Below, piece after piece: positions 1-9,420 of a stretch of DNA of 64,000 bases. The number at the start of each line of letters is the position of its first letter. Position 1 is the stretch's first letter. The notes below the pieces were generated by a model that made no database searches, had not been told where the DNA came from, and worked only from the letters and a program-made list of their open reading frames with translations. The position numbers and the translations under genes are program-made. This DNA comes from Callorhinchus milii (taxonomy: Eukaryota), in assembly GCF_018977255.1 (NCBI RefSeq), contig NW_024704743.1:105028001-105092000 (forward strand), in the 5' to 3' direction.

Positions 1-689
1 TGAAAGCTCTTTGGCTTCCACTGAAACAAGATAATCTCAGATTTGTAAATAAACAGCCTTAATACTGCCCTATGGATAAATGTAGATCCCTCTGACCTGA
101 CTGTTCCTTTTGGCCTACAGAAGATTCAGACAACATGTGCCCATAAGAGCAGTAAAGACCAACTCAGAGAGCACTATAACAGGGGTGGAGTACCTCTCCT
201 TACACTATCTGGCTTGCTCCCCTGATGTCCATTCAAACTCTGAGAACGTTTTACTATTATTTTAATAAACTATTCATTTGACCGGTTCTTTCATAAGGAA
301 TAAAAATATCCACTCAAATTTGGTGTTCAGTGCATGCGGCAAGGCAATATTGGTTATTCTCCCTGGTTTTAAAGTGGTACAAATGTTAAGTGCTGTATCA
401 ACTGTCTTCCGGCTCCACATCACTATATTCATGAGAGCAAAGGGGTTTAATTTCTGACAGTAACAAGATTAGAGATGGGAACCAAAATTACTGCTGTTTT
501 TACTGACAATGTTGAATATTCACAGAATTCATGAGAGATTCCTAAGGACTGCCAAGGAGCTAACTTACCTCCAACAAAAGATCAAGAGAAATTCTGGAAA
601 ATTATTGAAAAATATATAACACAGAAAAAGGTCATTCAGCCAACAAATCTTTGCAATCTCCCAACATAGGGCTGGTACCATTTTGTTTT

Positions 690-860
690 ACAGTTGGAAG
701 TTAGAAGTAAGAAGGGACGTTAGACTGAACATTTTCACAGGATGGGTAATAGTTTGTGGAATAATTTACTGGGAAGGTCATTGAAGCAAATAGCACAAAT
801 TGGTTCGAAACGCAAATAAATGCATTTCTCTATAGAGAAACCATTAAGGGATATGACTGG
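690..860 (+). mobile_element. Degenerate CR1 LINE 3' fragment
   Basis: gttagactgaacattttcacaggatgg...tttgtggaataatttact...gtcattgaagca...attaaggggatatg resembles the CR1 RT C-terminus/3' UTR. Confidence 0.5.
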
Positions 861-1480
861 TGACTGTGGTTCTGAACTATCAAAAGGAATACAGCTTGCT
901 TGATCTCATGGGAACAAATGCAATATCTTTGTTACGACCTCCATCTCCCCAGCCAAATGCCTGCTAAACACAGTTAGTCTTGCTCTGCAGATGATTGGAA
1001 AAGCAGAAGAAAAGTTGGTTATTCAATACCTAGCTTCAATAGTAAGAATTGAATGCATCTATAGGAAATAGCTATTGCCAGCAGTTGAAAATAACTCCAA
1101 AACTGTCAATATTCTTACCAACAAACAGACATTTCCATGCCGCTATTAGGTGAATATGTCATTTACGAAGGATAAAATTATTATAGTTTAAACGCCTAGT
1201 TTAAACTTTACATACCAGAGTACCCATAACAAGCAAATTGTTATGTTGTTCATTATTTGTCCCTTTTAGGTTTGACAGCAGAATGAGTAAAATGTGAGTC
1301 AAAATCACCCCGACTGCTGCAGTGTATTCACTTTTGATGAATAGACCTTTTTTGCTGAATGTATCGCGTTTGGAAAAGCCAATATTAATTCAGTGCTAAC
1401 CCATCAGGGGATCTCCACAGGAACCAGTCTGTGTTCCAAGGCACCAAGCAAAGAGATTTAAGTCCTATTCAGCAACTCAC

Positions 1481-1535
1481 CCCTAGATCCTTTTGAGCGT
1501 GTGCGCAGTCTCTTTTCTTCACTGTCTGTGTCCAT
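1481..1535 (-). CDS. st18: First canonical coding exon (55 nt) of a MYT1-family C2HC zinc-finger transcription factor, most likely ST18 (MYT1L/MYT1 not excluded); gene continues left of the window
   Basis: Minus strand ctctcaccacattacag|ATG GAC ACA GAC AGT GAA GAA AAG AGA CTG CGC ACA CGC TCA AAA GGA TCT AGG G|gtgagt = MDTDSEEKRLRTRSKGSR. Matches the family N-terminus (human ST18 MDAEAEDKTLRTRSKG, MYT1L MEVDTEEKRHRTRSKGVR, MYT1 MSLENEDKRARTRSK). The 55-nt phase-1 exon with ATG directly after the acceptor fits my recollection of the family structure. Family call strong, paralogue call about 0.6. Confidence 0.85.
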
Positions 1536-1822
1536 CTGTAATGTGGTGAGAGATATTAGTGACAACCACTTGCAATTATTCCTGGTATCTACCTTACATT
1601 AAACAAATAATAAACTAAACAAATACTTTGCAGACTGATAGCTTTTGCACTGTATTATGCACTGCTTTCACCAAACTCATCTGAATCCTCGCTGGATGAA
1701 GGTCATCTCTAATTTTTGCATTCACCAAAAGCAACTGAGTGAACAAGATGTGTGGTTACCTTAGTTTAAATGGGAAACATGACTCTTTTATCTAATGTTG
1801 TGTTGTGATTGAAAGCACTGAC

Positions 1823-1971
1823 CTGTATTAGATTTATAATAGGGGAGCAGGTGTGGCTATGATGGACCTTAATTTCCTTTAATAAACCTTTTGTGCACTG
1901 CACTCGTATGGCAATACAATGCTCTCTGAGGCCCTGCGCATAATAGGTTCATTACTTTTGATTACTATGGT
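1823..1971 (-). other. Candidate 5' leader exon E (149 nt) of the MYT1-family gene
   Basis: Acceptor gttctttctctcaatag|ACC at 1971 and donor CAG|gtcagt at 1823. Alternative weak acceptor tatgcgcag|GGC at 1933 and alternative donor AAG|gtaacc at 1760. Confidence 0.55.
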
Positions 1972-3046
1972 CTATTGAGAGAAAGAACTCCCCAACACAC
2001 TATATTATGTGCTGTTAAACCAATATATACCATTTATTCATTTTCTTTCAGTAGTTCACGTGCAGCACTTAGAGTGATTTTAACAACTGGTCTTCATAAA
2101 TGAAACTATTAAAAAAAATGCAACCAGCGTATTTTATTGCAAGCAGAATTAGCAGTATTGTGATCTGTTTGCTATGTCTATGAATCTTTCAATCGCAATT
2201 CATTGTCATTCTTGTTATAACGGTACACAACAACCCATCCTTAATTTCACAAACCACCGCATTATGGTAAACAGACAAAAGAAGAGTGGCTCTGTGATGT
2301 CTGCAGGAAAACAAAAATCAGGTCAAATGAACTCTACGGTTTTGTTAGTTGTGAGTAGCTTTTCTGTGAATAAAAAATCTGTTCCACTCAATCATAAAAA
2401 AATGCTTTGACACACAAATACAATTAAAGATCTCCTAAACTACTGGGAGAGGCAAGATTCGTTGCTGGAGTGCATCTGTTCTCTGTTTGCATACAGTCAA
2501 AATAGCCTATTTTAGCTCTATTCAATAGAGCACAACCTTTCCGATAGCCTTAGCCATATGACCACTGTCTTAAAATTTAAGATTGGAAAGCTTTCAAATT
2601 AACATTGAATATAAGAAATTGCCAAAACATTGCACAATCTTCCACTGATGGCCATGAGAAACTTCAGGCCTCTGATATAAATATACTTATATGTTTATAC
2701 ATTTAAAAAACAACAAAACAAACTGAACATAAGGCAAACAGTGAAATACAATAATCTTACAATATCAACTCTTTGAGGTTGACTTGCACATTTTTGCACT
2801 GAATATTAAATGATGACTAGCCCACCATTTGGTTTGTGTAGATGATAACGTAAATGAAGTCATCTTCTGTGGTTCGACCTCTTTATCCAACTCTATAGTA
2901 TCTGAGCATTACAGTACACCAGGAAACTTTGCTTAAAATGTCATGACCCACATTGTCTGCGGTACATGTAAAATGGGCATCATTCGGATGCAATTATCAA
3001 AGGGTAAAATTGCTCCACAAAACATATGGCAAAGAATACTACATAC

Positions 3047-3095
3047 TTAAGAGTTCCATTTAATGCATGTACAAATATTTAACTCTGGCCAGCTC
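3047..3095 (-). other. Candidate 5' leader exon X (49 nt) carrying the uORF stop codon
   Basis: Branch-like gctcac plus ctcggctttctcttttttgacaacag|GAG acceptor; donor TAA|gtatgt. Phase-0 reading ELARVKYLYMH*. Confidence 0.65.
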
Positions 3096-6000
3096 CTGTT
3101 GTCAAAAAAGAGAAAGCCGAGGTGAGCAATTGTATTTCTATGGTGCAAATATCCTAATAGACTTTGCTGCCAGTCCCAGCGCTCTTTCGTTTCTCTGTCT
3201 GTCTTGTTGCCAGACACCCTTAACGGAGGCTGAGAGTAGGTTTGCCATGGCAAACTGTACCAACGTATTTGAAAGATTCATTTTCTTAGCAGTGAAGAAT
3301 TTGCATCAGAATTTAGCCAACACAAACTACGTAGCCCAAGACAGAAAATCATCTCAACCTCCCCCGCACCCAATGGGTAAAGGCACCACCTAATGCAACA
3401 CCAGGCAAAACAGATGGAGAAAGTCATAGGATCAAATGCTGGTGTGGAGAGAGAAACAATGACAATTGTGAAGATGAAGATAATAGTCTCATAAAAATAC
3501 TTAAGTATTTGAAGAGAAATAATCTAAGGGTCATGGGGAAAGAGGAGGGAATGAGAATTGGAGCATATAGCTCCAGTGGGTAAGCTGACACCAGCATGAA
3601 TTTGATGGGTTTATTTTATGCTATATTTTCCACAAATCTACAAACCTACCTAAAAGAAATACACTAAAAGTATTTTGACGCCCCACCCCCATCATAAATA
3701 TCTGACATATATAAAAGTGATTTAACAATTCCAGACAATTGTGACGAAGAGTCGTAGACTCGAAACGTTGACTGACTTTCCTTTCTACATAGATTGTGAC
3801 TGAACTGCTGAGTTTTCCCAGCTCTCTCTGTTTTTTTTTAACAATTCCAGACTTGGATGTGTATGTATACCAGATAAAGCCAGGTTAAAATGTGACCAAT
3901 CTGATCATCTGTCTTGTCTTACCATTTGACCATCAAGCGTGTTATCCAATAAGGCCAGACAATCCATACTTGGAGTTACAGTGTACATGTCAATGCCTGA
4001 AAATGAATGAACTGAACATTTTTTTGTGTACTAAATTATTATGTGCTCACAACAAAAGCCCTTCCAGAGCTGTGAGTGTGCCACTGAACATACACAGAGA
4101 TGAAAAAGTTCACAAAAGCACTGAGACCCACCCTCGACTGTTTGCTGTTGCAGTTATCCAGTGTTTCAGGGTAGCCAACCCTCTCGCCGTGCCCCTGTGT
4201 CCACGTCTGCTTTAACAGGTAATGTTGCAATTCATTCTCTGCAAGATGTAGAAGATAAAGGGTAAAAGTCTGCAGAACAAACGTATCACAGACAATACTC
4301 TGTGATACTAAAAGTCCTGTTTATTGCTTCACAATTAACTTCAAAATGCAAATGCCAACTCGACTGCTCTGTTATTTTAATCTTGGCTCTGTGTGACAGC
4401 AGTGAATACTCCCAGGTCGGAAAACATGCAGGTCACCACCAATTATACATACCAGCATTACCAATAACCCATTATAATCTCTTAACCCGAGAGGAGTACC
4501 CTCCACTTCACTAGATTACATTTAACCCAGGTCTCTTGGAGCTGAAGATGTTGAACCAGAGTTGCTTTTGCTTTGAAGTTACACACGTTGTAAGACAGAG
4601 TAGAATTCTCATCATCCATTTTGTTGATGATTGAATATTACTATTCAAACATAGCAGCCACAAATTACCCTTCTGCTGATGCTGGTGTGAATTCATGCAA
4701 AAGCTCGCACTTAATGGTTTTGAAGCATCCTGAATACAACATTTTAACTTTCCCCAAGGGGATGTAGGCCTACATTTTCATTGTATATGTGATTAATTAT
4801 ATGGAGTGGTGTAGTAGCGAAGTGGTGTGTCTGTTTGGGGTAATTTTGAATAAATAGTTGGTCAGATTGGATACTGTAGCTGCCCAAAAAGTGAGAACCC
4901 AGTCCTTGCATTATTTGTTCATTTGTCATGAATGTAACCTTGATCTCACTTAAATACATATTTACCTTTCCTTCAATGTAAGTTCGTAGGGTCAAAGTTA
5001 AAATAATAATAACCCTCGCATTTGATTTCGCGCCATTCACATTTGGGGGACATCTTGAAGCAATAACAGAATTTACTATCAAGTGTAGTGAATGTTGGGG
5101 ATTATGGCAGCCAATTTACATGCTGAGGATAGCACAGCCAACCTGGCACATCTGCAGGAGCTGGAAGGGCAGAACAGTCATGGGGGGGCAGGGAGTCATC
5201 CTACTCAGCTCCTGTTAACCCTGCAAGCCAAAGCTCTAACAGTAGGGTGGTCCTAGCTGGACAAGCAGCGGGAGAGCATGCTGGACAGCAATATCAATGG
5301 CAAGCTATGCGGTTTTAGCTGGTTAGACTCCAGCAGTACCCCAACACACACTGTAGGGTCCCCAAGACTTGGCTTTTGCAAACCTGCAACTAATACTTTC
5401 CAGAATTAGGTAAACAGGATGTGTCCCTCCAGGGAGAGAGTGCGCATTCCATTTCAACAATCTATCTCTGGGATTTCCATGTGTTGGTGAGATGCATGGA
5501 AATCTCAGCTTGGTTTGGATACTCTTAAGCGTGATGATGGGTCAGATATCACATGTGTCAGATATCGTCTGACTAAAAAAAAATGCCAGGACACTGGGAG
5601 AAATTCACTTCTCTTTTTGAACCAAGGAATCTTGAAGATCCACCTGAGCAAATAAACAGGTACTCAGTTTAATGTCTCATCCGAAGGACAGCAATTATTA
5701 TAATGCAGCGCATACCCAGTGGGTCGGATTGAAGTATTTGCTGGTGGCTGGAATGAGCCTCAATTTGCACAATTCAGATTCCTTATCAGGGAATACCACA
5801 AATTAGTACCCTAATTTGTTCCCTTCTGACTGAATATCTCCTATTCAAGAACAACAGCCCCAAGGTTTGCTGTTTTTGTTGTTTGCTGTGATTTCAAGCA
5901 AAACTCTGGGTTAATACTTTCAAAGTACCTGTAGTGTCAGAACAAAACTGGAAAAATTAAATGGCTTGGCACTCACGGCATTGCCTGCTCCATCTCTAGT

Positions 6001-6134
6001 GTAAAGAGAGGGGAGGGGAAACATGAATACAATGCTATTACTATCTGGTCTTTTGAGTTTGCGCCTGGTGCACCCACAACTTGTGTTGCTGTACCAAAAG
6101 CAAATTTCACCGTTTCAATTTCATCTTGTATCAT
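3060..6134 (-). CDS. Putative spliced upstream ORF, 61 aa, join(6134-6111,5995-5977,4238-4132,3095-3060); product unknown
   Basis: MIQDEIETRWSRQCQNELQHYLLKQTWTQGHGERVGYPETLDNCNSKQSRELARVKYLYMH*. Open across three predicted junctions; no homology that I recognise. Confidence 0.4.
3737..3836 (+). mobile_element. Penelope-like short 3' fragment with 16-bp target-site duplication
   Basis: tgacgaagagtcgtagactcgaaacgttgactg...ctgctgagttttcccagc, flanked by tttaacaattccagac at 3721-3736 and 3837-3852. Confidence 0.6.
4132..4238 (-). other. Candidate 5' leader exon D (107 nt)
   Basis: Acceptor ccctttatcttctacatcttgcag|AG, donor AGG|gtgggt. GC-richer than flanks; open frame NELQHYLLKQTWTQGHGERVGYPETLDNCNSKQSR (overlaps track ORF 4039..4230). 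Confidence 0.65.
5575..5715 (-). mobile_element. Old long DeuSINE (SacSINE1-like) fragment
   Basis: gccaggacactgggagaa...atccacctgag...tttaatgtctcatccgaaggacagca is the reverse complement of the body at 10490 and 45108. Confidence 0.6.
5977..5995 (-). other. Candidate 19-nt microexon C
   Basis: tttcccctcccctctctttacactag|AGATGGAGCAGGCAATGCC|gtgagt: long polypyrimidine tract and consensus donor only 19 nt apart. Confidence 0.6.
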
Positions 6135-6147
6135 ATTGATACAATTT
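6111..6147 (-). other. Candidate 37-nt leader exon B containing the uORF ATG (6134-6132)
   Basis: tacttttttcaatag|AAATTGTATCAAT ATG ATA CAA GAT GAA ATT GAA ACG|gtgaaa. Donor is weaker (no +5 G); 115-nt intron to exon C. Confidence 0.5.
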
Positions 6148-6789
6148 CTATTGAAAAAAGTACATTGATTTTTGATGTGCAGTACAGGAATGGTGCTCAA
6201 TGTGTTCAATTTGAAGAAATTAAAATTCAGATGAAAACAGAGTGCTACAAAACAGCACCAGAAATTTTAACTGAAAATGATACAATTTGGGGTTGAAACA
6301 GTGGATCATAACATTGGATGAAAAAGGTGAGATGAAAGATGAATTGTCAAAAGGACTTCCCACTGGAAGCAGAAAGTTGAAGCCATAAGTTAAGTCTCAC
6401 TTTTACATTGGAGGTGGCAGTGGCGGTGGTGGGTGGAGGGGTCAAGTGAGAGCAGAGGCATTATTTCAGAATGATTAAGGTTTTAGTTGAGAGGTCTTGG
6501 AGCCGCTAGAGGCCCGGGGGTCCAGGGCCGATCAATGGATTTTTCGCCTTTTGCAGCCACGTTGGATCCTAGTTTTCAAGCCCTTTTTACTCGTGTTTAA
6601 TGCTACAAAACAACCTACACATAAATCAAGGCACATATAATTTTTGCTTATATAAATCAGCCTGTTTTGTCTAAAATAAGTGCTGAAATCTAGTGAAGTG
6701 AAGAGAAAGATGGCTTTATATGCTTGGTAAATGACAAAAATATATAGTTCCTGTGGCACCCTGCTTAATATCTCCATGCATTTTGGACA

Positions 6790-6970
6790 ATCTCCCCTAA
6801 CAAACACCTTCTGCTTCCTTCCTTCCACCGCTGACAAAGCACCAAACCCCCAACACTGCATTGGATTGTCAGCCAGACTATGCAAGTTAAAAATCCCGAC
6901 ATGGGGTTTAAACCCACAACATTATGACTCAGCTGCAAATATGTTATCAACTGAGTCAAGATGACCCCTC
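6790..6970 (-). mobile_element. Old long SINE 5' fragment
   Basis: cactgcattggattgtcagccagact...aaacccacaac...tgactcag...tatcaactgagtca, similar to the copy at 26175-26570. Confidence 0.55.
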
Positions 6971-7102
6971 AAGTCTTAAATCGTTTTAATTAATCTTCCT
7001 AACGATATTTAGATGTCAAAATGGTGGACATACTGTTGTAACAAAGGATAAACTTCAGTTAAGTCAAAAGGCTTTTTCTCATCCTCAACTTCTCCAATGG
7101 TT

Positions 7103-7198
7103 AAAATTCACTTTACAGTATATTCTGTGAACCGCTTTGGGACGTCTAGAAGACGTGAACAGCGCTATATCAAATGCAAGGATTATTTATTATTATTA
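7103..7198 (+). mobile_element. Young tRNA-SINE 3' tail
   Basis: ttcactttacagtatattctgtgaaccgctttgggacgtctagaagacgtgaacagcgctatatcaaatgcaagg(att)n. Confidence 0.8.
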
Positions 7199-9093
7199 AC
7201 TTGTTCCTCTCTTTTTCCTCTTCTTATTACCATTCATCTTAGCAATATCACAACCACTGGGTATGATCTTTGATTTTGTAAATGAGGAACAAATACTTTG
7301 TCATTCATCTGCATCCGCAGTTTACTCTGTCATGTGCATATCTCTGCCATGCCACCATGGACATTCTGAAGTAAAACTGTGTCGTACTAAGTACTAAAAA
7401 GTTCCAAAGTAAAACTGTGGCATACTAAGAACTCTGAAACAGTCAGGACCATTTGTTTGCTTTCAAGAAGTTAACAGAAAGAAAATTGGACATATGCACA
7501 GACATACTCCCCCGAGGAGAGTATTGTGTGATGTGATAGCTGAGCAGGTGCACCACCTTAAAAAAGGACAGAATTAAGTTTGGCGCCGCATTAATCACTC
7601 TGTCCACCCCCTCCTTTGCCGCACACTGCCAAATGGATGCGCTGTGGCAAAGCATGAATAAGACAACTTATTTGCATTGTAGCAAAAACATTTCTGCAGT
7701 AATACAGATGGAACAGAGTTTAGCCCTTCCTGCTGCAAGAAGGTTAACATTCCTGTTTCATACAGGAACCCATTACAAAGATGCTTTTTAGATCTCACTC
7801 TGGCAGCTTGCAAAATGCACCTTTTTCCTTTCATACAACCACTGCAAAAATGTACTACCGTACAGATATTGCTGCTGAGTATTACAAAACTGAATCCAAG
7901 AAACCTACATAACTTGCCAATCACAATAGGCTTGGAACAGAGTTGTTTTTTTTCTGGTTAAACATTTTATTTTAATACAGAAATGCTACTTAAATCCTAG
8001 GACGATTAACTGGGATGTTTTGTATATAAAAAAGTAATTCTCAACATTACAGACAATTACTGCCAAGTCTTCCATAGTATTTTAATTCTTTATACTTTAC
8101 ACTTTCTTAAATTAACACCCATCTCCATTTATGCATTCAACATTATAACATTAAATATGAATGTCATAGTTTGAATCTAAAGTGAAAGCTAATGTATCAT
8201 GCGGAGGTGAATTCATGTGTGTCTGTTACTTGAATAACTTGTTTCAATTAAGTAATATTTGTTTTTAATGATGAGGTGCAGCTGCATCAAGGATGAATTA
8301 GTAATGGGGCTGTCCCATCTTATTCTCTTGTTTTTAGATGAAAAATAATGGTCGGTGAATATCTTATGAACAAACAAATGTGCATAGAACAACACATTAC
8401 AAGATGTTGATACCATCTTTAATGTATCAATGTACAAGACAGGGTTATTCACAAACCTGGGGCTGAGTACACAAATTCCCTTTCGAGTGGAATAAAGATT
8501 GTGCTTAACTTCTTATGCAATATTATGTTTTTTGTAGAGAAACCTGGGTGGAAAGACCAATGCCCATGCTAGAGGAAACCACAAAAAANTGGAAAAAATA
8601 GGAGAAAGGACAAGATAAATCAATAAGCTTGGTTTCTACATGGCCTTAGATTGTGTGAAGAGGCAGGAAATTTGAATTGAAAATATGAATTACCACAACA
8701 CAACTCAAGAGAGGTTTTGACAATAAAAGCGCTTCAGTCCATTTTATTCTTCAGAATACCCATTCTCCCATTTTCCTATCACAGCATCAAGCTGGCTCTA
8801 ACAGAAGGTCAGACTCAAAGGATACACCTGAACCCATGCAGTGAGACTAAACTAATAGTTTGATCTTCGGGAAAGAACAAATTGGAATAGGAGGGCTTGA
8901 TGTGTTTTGATTTAATGATGAGGACCTATATAATGCACATTTTCCGCTTCATGTAAACATGTTTTAAAAAATTAGAATAAGCATTGCTTTCAAGATTGAA
9001 ATTTCCTCTGGTATAGATCAGAGTACTAGGAAGTTGAGTTGTTCTCAAGTATGAGTTAGTCTGGTTAGAACTTGGGACTCACTGGAGCTGAAG

Positions 9094-9420
9094 ATAATAA
9101 TAATAATAATAATAATCCTTGCATTTGATATAGCGCTTTTCACGTCGGGAGGACATCCCAAAGCGCTTCACAGACCACACTGTAAAGTGAATTGACTGTA
9201 TATTTGTGGGCGAACGCGGCAGCCAATTGCGCACAGCAATGTCCCACAAACAGTCGTAGATTGAAAATGACCAATTTATTATTGTTTTGTTTTGGAGGGA
9301 TTATTATTAGGAGTGTGGAGTAAGGAAACTTGCCCAAGGTTTCGCCCTGACCTGCCTGGAATTGAACTCAGATCTCTCGCTTGCAAAGCGAGTGCTCTAC
9401 CCACTGAGCTACAGGACTCC
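9094..9420 (-). mobile_element. Full-length young tRNA-Ala-derived SINE (Deu core, L2-type tail)
   Basis: Minus strand ggagtcctgtagctcagtgggtagagcactcgctttgcaagcgagag head, gggacattgctgtgcgcaattggctgccgcgtt core, (att)n tail. Near-identical copies at 28274 and 57148. Confidence 0.9.

Noticed and set aside
1404-1424. Minus-strand VPVEIP resembling MYT1L VPVEPA
   Set aside because: No acceptor in the right place, an immediate stop, and under 60 nt from the previous donor; chance similarity.
5973-6209. Track ORF with FAFGTATQVV, resembling an antigen-receptor J segment
   Set aside because: Lacks FGxG and a recombination signal; it lies in the predicted intron between exons B and C.
8589-8589. 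Ambiguous base n (another at 39984)
   Set aside because: Assembly ambiguity at the end of an A-run; not biological.
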